In this document: one piece after another, positions 58,759 to 64,000 of the stretch
How positions within the stretch are numbered: the first letter of the stretch is position 1
Layout of the letters: each line of letters opens with the position of its first letter
DNA from: Candidatus Peribacteria bacterium
Lineage (GTDB): Bacteria; Patescibacteriota; Gracilibacteria; Peribacterales; Peribacteraceae
NCBI GenBank assembly: GCA_041691135.1
Contig: JBEPVF010000001.1
Coordinates: 192,001 to 256,000, forward strand
Direction of reading: 5' to 3'
DNA length: 64,000 bases
Notes under the pieces: model-generated
The model's database searches: none
The model's input: the letters and a program-made list of their open reading frames with translations, nothing else
Told to the model about the DNA's origin: nothing
Translations under genes and position numbers: made by a program

Positions 58759-59643
58759 TCATTCCACTCGTTCCCCCCACTTCAGCTTCGTCCGCAACGT
58801 CCCATAAAATGTATCCGGACTGCGGCGGAGGAATTTGACCGTGCGGTCGCACATTTTGGCATTGATGGTGTCTCCGCGTTGGAGCGTAATGTAGATCTGA
58901 CCATCGAGCGTCAGACTCACTTCGATGTCTTTGAATTTATTTTCGCGCGTGCAGACCTCCACATCAATCGTATGGTTGCCCGGAATGACGATCGGTTTCT
59001 GACTGAAACTGTGCGGATTGATGGGCGTCAGAATAGTTGCCGGAATCTGCGGATGGACAATAGGTCCCCCAGCCGCGAGGGAATAGGCAGTAGAACCAGT
59101 CGGCGTCGACAGAATGAGGCCGTCAGCTCTGAACACCGTCAGTTCTTCGCCATTGATACAGGTACGCAAATCGACCAGACGTGCGATCGTTCCCTGCGAG
59201 AGTACCGCTTCGTTGAGCACCGAACCGCGGTATAAGTTTTCCGTCCCGCGATCGGCGGATACATCGAGCATCGAGCGTTCCTCGATAAAACCTTCACCGT
59301 CCAGGAAACGCGGCAGCATCGATTCGACTTCCTGAAACGTCATCTCCGACAAAAATCCGACCGTGCCGAGATTGATAGTCAGCAAAGGAATGGTGAGAGG
59401 ATGAAATTCACGAACCACTCGTAAAATAGTGCCGTCTCCGCCGACGACGATGAGCAGATCGAGTTCATCCACCGTTTTGTAAAATTTATGTTTGGTCGCA
59501 AACGGCAAGTGACCGCATCGCTTGGCATCGAGCAGAAGATTCACACCGTGCGCGGCCAACATGTCCACGATCGAATGCAACGCTTCTTCGCGATGCGCGA
59601 GTTCTGTTTTAGCCGTGATGCCGATGGTACGATAGGCAGCCAT
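58759..59643 (-). CDS. nadK: NAD+ kinase
   Basis: GGDGTIL, LNE, DGLILSTPTGSTAYSLAAGG. Confidence 0.95.
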   Translation of the reverse strand: MAAYRTIGITAKTELAHREEALHSIVDMLAAHGVNLLLDAKRCGHLPFATKHKFYKTVDELDLLIVVGGDGTILRVVREFHPLTIPLLTINLGTVGFLSEMTFQEVESMLPRFLDGEGFIEERSMLDVSADRGTENLYRGSVLNEAVLSQGTIARLVDLRTCINGEELTVFRADGLILSTPTGSTAYSLAAGGPIVHPQIPATILTPINPHSFSQKPIVIPGNHTIDVEVCTRENKFKDIEVSLTLDGQIYITLQRGDTINAKMCDRTVKFLRRSPDTFYGTLRTKLKWGERVE

Positions 59644-59691
59644 GAACAAGATGCTAGCAGCCGGGAACAGGACTGCAAGGACCGACTGGGT

Positions 59692-60774
59692 TTACGCCCT
59701 CAATCCAGTAATGCCCGTCACTGTTTCGACAGCTGATAACACCAGATCGCCCGTACGTTGCCACGAGTAGCGTGCCGCCTGGTGGGGACCCTCGTCGCGC
59801 AGCTGCTGACACAAGGACCTATCGGTCAAAAGCCGTTCCAGACCTTCGGCAATGGATTCGATGCGTTCCGGATCGACAAGCAATGCGCCTGTCCCCACGA
59901 CCTCGGGCAGACTGCCGCGATCCGATGTAAGAGTCGGGATTCCCCGCTGGAGTGCATCAAGAATCTGCATTCCGAATCCTTCGTACAGGGACGGAAGAGC
60001 AAAGACGGTGCATGTCGCTAGCAAACGCAGATATTCTTCATCGGCAATGTACTGCCGCCATTCCACCCCCGGTGTCTGTTCGACGAGTTGCAGAATTTGC
60101 TGATCGTTCCAGCCGCGGGATCCGGCCAACACCAAACGATACTGAGCACGGAGCGGTGGCGATAGAAGACCATATGCGCGAATCAATCTGGCCTGATTTT
60201 TGCGCGGGCATAAGGTACCGACGCACAGAATGGTTTGATGATCGGGCCGGTTGGTTTCGACCGTCGCCTGCATCGGACCTGCATACACCGGCGTGATCTT
60301 GTCGGCACTCAGCGACTTGTATCGCCCCAGAAGATCCTGTTTGGTCGCATCACTGACCGTAAGAATATGCGCTGCATTCTCCACCGTACGCTGCAGCGTG
60401 AAGTGCTCAACAAAACGCGCCTTGCGATTGTGGGGTTCGGGACGAAATGCGATCAGGTCATGCACCATCGGAACGTAGGGAAATCGCTTTCCCAACAAAT
60501 AGGGAACCAGGTAACTGGTGGGACTCAGGTAAAGATCGATATCCGCCGCACTCTGCAGCAACGATGCCACGCGCACATGCCATTTGATGCCGCGCAGGGG
60601 GATCAAGACTTCCGTCGCTCCCATATCCTGCCATGCCAACGGCAGCGGATCTTGGGTGTAGCAAAGCAGTGGAAACTCCCTCGAAAGCAATTCTTGCACC
60701 AATGCGTAGGTCCATTGACCCTTGCCAGTACGCTCCGGCCGGCAGGCTTCCCGTACGTCTATTGCAATGCGCAT
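59692..60774 (-). CDS. glycosyltransferase family 4
   Basis: IAIDVR, HDLI, PRKN and EGFGMQILDA motifs. Confidence 0.92.
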   Translation of the reverse strand: MRIAIDVREACRPERTGKGQWTYALVQELLSREFPLLCYTQDPLPLAWQDMGATEVLIPLRGIKWHVRVASLLQSAADIDLYLSPTSYLVPYLLGKRFPYVPMVHDLIAFRPEPHNRKARFVEHFTLQRTVENAAHILTVSDATKQDLLGRYKSLSADKITPVYAGPMQATVETNRPDHQTILCVGTLCPRKNQARLIRAYGLLSPPLRAQYRLVLAGSRGWNDQQILQLVEQTPGVEWRQYIADEEYLRLLATCTVFALPSLYEGFGMQILDALQRGIPTLTSDRGSLPEVVGTGALLVDPERIESIAEGLERLLTDRSLCQQLRDEGPHQAARYSWQRTGDLVLSAVETVTGITGLRA

Positions 60775-60869
60775 AGCAAGAATTTGAGTAGCCTTCACTC
60801 TAGCAAAAAGACCCCTCCGATGCTACTCTTCCATCGATGCCTTCTCGTATTATACGCGGACTTACGGCA

Positions 60870-61418
60870 ATGGATCTGGAGGAACAGATCATCAATGGCG
60901 GTGCCCTTCTGGCCCTCGTTTCGATTTTTTTTCCGTGGCTGAGCGGTGAATGGCTGGGCGGTGAAATCGTGTCGTTCTCCGGTTTCGGTTTCTATACGTC
61001 GCTCGTGGGCATCGTCGTCTTCCTGCTAGAACTTTGCATTTTGCTGATTACATTCGTGCCGCTGCTCGGCGGCCCGATTGTCGTCAAAAGACGGTATCGC
61101 GAATGGGTGCGTGTGGGTCTCGCCGCACAGGCAACGATTCTGATTCTCGTCATCCTGAGCATCCTCACTCGTGTCACGTTTGAATTCTCCCGCATGGAAG
61201 TCCGCTTCGGCGTCTACCTCGCCCTCATTGGCAGCTTCGTCACGCTGGTCGAGTCGGTCATCCGCCTCCATATGCATCGCCGAAATGCAACGCAAGAAGT
61301 GTTCCATCATCCAGAGGAACACACGATCAGCGAGCGCCGCGAGACAACGACACCCCCGCCCCCTCCGCCACCGCCACCTCCTCCTCCCGAGCCCGAAGAC
61401 CACCGCATGTATACATGA
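60870..61418 (+). CDS. 4-TM membrane protein with a poly-Pro tail
   Basis: FPW motif; hydrophobic segments; long poly-Pro run. Confidence 0.75.
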   Translation: MDLEEQIINGGALLALVSIFFPWLSGEWLGGEIVSFSGFGFYTSLVGIVVFLLELCILLITFVPLLGGPIVVKRRYREWVRVGLAAQATILILVILSILTRVTFEFSRMEVRFGVYLALIGSFVTLVESVIRLHMHRRNATQEVFHHPEEHTISERRETTTPPPPPPPPPPPPEPEDHRMYT

Positions 61419-61804
61419 GTGACGATAAGCCACCAGAGGCCACCGTGAATATCGAGTCCAAACTCGAACAGCTCGCCTATGCCGATGAAGATTTGGTGTA
61501 TGTGGATCCCGATAAACGCATCGTCGTCGGCCGGGTGCAGTGGGGGAAAAATGGCAACCCAAAGCCAATGCTCATGGATGGCAGCGTCGAACCACTCGAA
61601 GAGAAAAAGGAAAGAAGTCCCAAAGATGCAAAAGGCGACAAGCCCGATCGTAAGAGTCGGGTTCTCCGTAAGCGCTATTACCCATGGGGCACGTACCGCT
61701 CGATGAAGCGCGTTTACAAAATTGACGGCAAGCCACCCAAGGTAGAGCCGATCGATACGCTGGATCAGGTAATGGAGAAAGCATTGGAGCAACCGTTTTG
61801 GTAA
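61415..61804 (+). CDS. hypothetical protein
   Basis: ATGA overlap with the upstream gene. Confidence 0.75.
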   Translation: MSDDKPPEATVNIESKLEQLAYADEDLVYVDPDKRIVVGRVQWGKNGNPKPMLMDGSVEPLEEKKERSPKDAKGDKPDRKSRVLRKRYYPWGTYRSMKRVYKIDGKPPKVEPIDTLDQVMEKALEQPFW

Positions 61805-61848
61805 GAGGACGGAGGAAACCGAGGACTCCGACCCCCTTCACTACTCCT

Positions 61849-62068
61849 AGGCGGCCCTAAGCCGCCCAACCTCTTCGCACGTTCGCAATTCCAAGCAAAC
61901 ACCCCTCCGACTATGTGGTGGGGATGAGTGGTTACGAGCCCTGCTGTCGCCAGCCCACAGGCGCGACAGCAGGGCGAGGTGGGTCATAGGCGGTGCGCTT
62001 CTTTTTGGTTCTTTTTCTTGTCGCGGGGAGACAAGAAAAAGAACACCAGTGGTGACTGGGAAGGTTGG
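61849..62068. other. multi-hairpin intergenic element
   Basis: 13-bp stem 61938-61950/61963-61975; 15-bp stem 62008-62022/62030-62044; possible enclosing CCAACCT/AGGTTGG pair. Confidence 0.6.
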
Positions 62069-62200
62069 TGCTGGGGAATCATGAACATCCGCAGGTAGCA
62101 AACCCGCTCCCAATTTTGTCAGTAATCTACTAATTAAAAGACAATCAATACCTCAGAACCCGCAGCCGGGGACGGCTGCTGCTACAGAAAAATGTATCAA

Positions 62201-63133
62201 TTAGGCTTTCAATGCCTCGCAGACTTTCTCCACCGCCCCTTTCGATCCCATCACAATCGGCGTCCGTTGATCCAGACTGGTGATTTTCGTATCCAGCAAC
62301 GACTGTGTGCCATCGCTCACGATACCACCGGCTTGATCAATCAGATACGCAAACGGCCCGCATTCGAAGATCATTCGCAGTTTGCCATCCGGGAATTTTC
62401 CGCCGCCGACGTTGAAGAATACACCTTGGCCCTTACTGAGGACGTGATGTGCATCAGCCACCATGCAACCGGCATAGCGCAGAGTCATGGTTTTCGACCA
62501 TTCCTGTACCAATGTCTTGAGCGCCGGGTGATCTTGGACGGCCGCCAAATTTCCGGGACTGAATGTTTTTGCCGTATCGCCAACGCCAAGGAATTCACGC
62601 AGAAGTATGAACTCACCAACCTCATTCAAAATAAATTCGTGCACGCCGTTACCAGCGGCGTAGACAAGCAACGTGCGGGGCCCATAAAGAACATACAGCG
62701 CGGCGACTTGATCACGAGGCGTGCGACCGATGATGTCGGATCCCGGATAGATACCAAAGATTGACCCAATCGCGAAATTCACATCGACCAGTGACGAGCC
62801 ATCAAGCGGATCGTAGACAACGCTGTACGGCGCATCGGCATTAAGTTCAATAACGTCATCCGATTCTTCCGAGAAATGCGTTGCAACCAATCGGCTCTCG
62901 GCCAGATTCTGGCGAATAATATCTTCGCTGAGCACATCGAGCTTCACCTGTTTTTCGCCGAACTGATTCTCGGTTCCCGCCAAACCGGCCTCCGTCGTGC
63001 GGATCGCATGATGAATGTACTTCGCCGCCGTCGCGATATGGAGAATCAGATGTCGCAAGTCATCAGGCGCTTTGGCGTGCGCAAACAGGTGTTCGTTGAG
63101 TGATGAACGTCCTGGCGAGAGAGAATCGGGCAT
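62201..63133 (-). CDS. fbp: fructose-1,6-bisphosphatase class 1
   Basis: NQFGE.QVKLD, SEE, DPLDGSS, GKLRMIFEC.P. Confidence 0.95.
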   Translation of the reverse strand: MPDSLSPGRSSLNEHLFAHAKAPDDLRHLILHIATAAKYIHHAIRTTEAGLAGTENQFGEKQVKLDVLSEDIIRQNLAESRLVATHFSEESDDVIELNADAPYSVVYDPLDGSSLVDVNFAIGSIFGIYPGSDIIGRTPRDQVAALYVLYGPRTLLVYAAGNGVHEFILNEVGEFILLREFLGVGDTAKTFSPGNLAAVQDHPALKTLVQEWSKTMTLRYAGCMVADAHHVLSKGQGVFFNVGGGKFPDGKLRMIFECGPFAYLIDQAGGIVSDGTQSLLDTKITSLDQRTPIVMGSKGAVEKVCEALKA

Positions 63134-63222
63134 AGTTCGTGAGAGGAGGTGTATGCAGAATAGCGAAGTATGGCAAAGAAATCAGCAGATTGTGCCCGCC
63201 TTCCCGCGAATCCCTTAAACCC

Positions 63223-64000
63223 TCAGATCAATGCCCCCATTTTCATTGCCATCTCGGTTACGCGCATGGCGTAGCCCCATTCATTGTCGTACCAACTGAG
63301 AATCTGTAACGCAGTGCCATCCACGATTTTGGTCGATGGAGCATCCACGATCGACGAGTGTGGATCGGTTTGGAAATCAATCGAAACACATTGGTCATGT
63401 GATACCGACAGGATTTCCGTCAGAGCCGGCGTCCTGGCAGCCGACTCCAGCGCCTGATGCACCTCTTCGACCGTCGTGGCCTTCTTGACCGCAAATGCCA
63501 TGTATGCGCAACTGACGGTCGGCACGGGTACGCGGAATGCCATGCCGTCGAGTTTGCCTTTCAGATGAGGAAAGATTTTGGCGCACGCTTTGACGGCTCC
63601 GGTCTTGGTGGGAATTATCGACAACGTAGCCGCACGTGCCCGGCGCATTTCGCCTTCTTCCTGGGGACGATTATCGAGCAGATTCTGCGACGATGTAAAC
63701 GCATGCACCGAACTCACCAGCAGATGCTGCACACCGAATATTTCATCGATGACTTTGATGACCGGGGCGATACAATTGGTCGTACACGAGGCATTCGAAA
63801 TGATCAGCATATCTTTGGTCAGCTGATCATCATTTACGCCCTTCACGAAAGTCGGCGTATCGTCTTTCATAGGAGCCGTGACAATCACGCGTTTGGCACC
63901 AGCAGCCAGATGCCCCTTGGCCTGTTCGGCCGTTTCGAAGTGACCCGTCGATTCGACCACCACATCCACCTTCAATTCCTTCCACGGGCACTTGGCCGGA
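63223..64000 (-). CDS. gap: second GAPDH-family gene (5' end outside the window)
   Basis: VVESTG, NASCTTNC, RVPVP, WYDNEWGY. Confidence 0.93.
   Translation of the reverse strand, partial: PAKCPWKELKVDVVVESTGHFETAEQAKGHLAAGAKRVIVTAPMKDDTPTFVKGVNDDQLTKDMLIISNASCTTNCIAPVIKVIDEIFGVQHLLVSSVHAFTSSQNLLDNRPQEEGEMRRARAATLSIIPTKTGAVKACAKIFPHLKGKLDGMAFRVPVPTVSCAYMAFAVKKATTVEEVHQALESAARTPALTEILSVSHDQCVSIDFQTDPHSSIVDAPSTKIVDGTALQILSWYDNEWGYAMRVTEMAMKMGALI

Overview
Bacterial chromosome segment, most likely Patescibacteria/CPR (Peribacteria-like). This is inferred from the gene set and the pyrimidine-rich, Shine-Dalgarno-poor leaders. Housekeeping genes include obgE, dnaK, two gap copies, nfo, cca, rplI, secG, rpsP, khpA, prmC, purA, nadK and fbp. 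The window also has two PAS histidine kinases, ABC transporters, surface proteins and four tRNAs (Phe-GAA, Ala-CGC, Ile-UAU, Val-UAC). The most striking feature is two tandem Met-codon leader-peptide attenuators (347-650), each with a complete antiterminator/terminator switch. They precede a SAM-hydrolase (DUF62)-like gene, which suggests a methionine-sensing circuit that could recover Met from SAM. Other notable features: an integrase-less island at tRNA-Ala with several att-like repeats and defence-like cargo; a shared mini-element that duplicates the 5' ends of two tRNAs; a rare tRNA-Ile(UAU); heptamer arrays abutting four start codons; and a symmetric CIRCE variant at dnaK. All protein calls come from motif recognition by eye, with no database searches.
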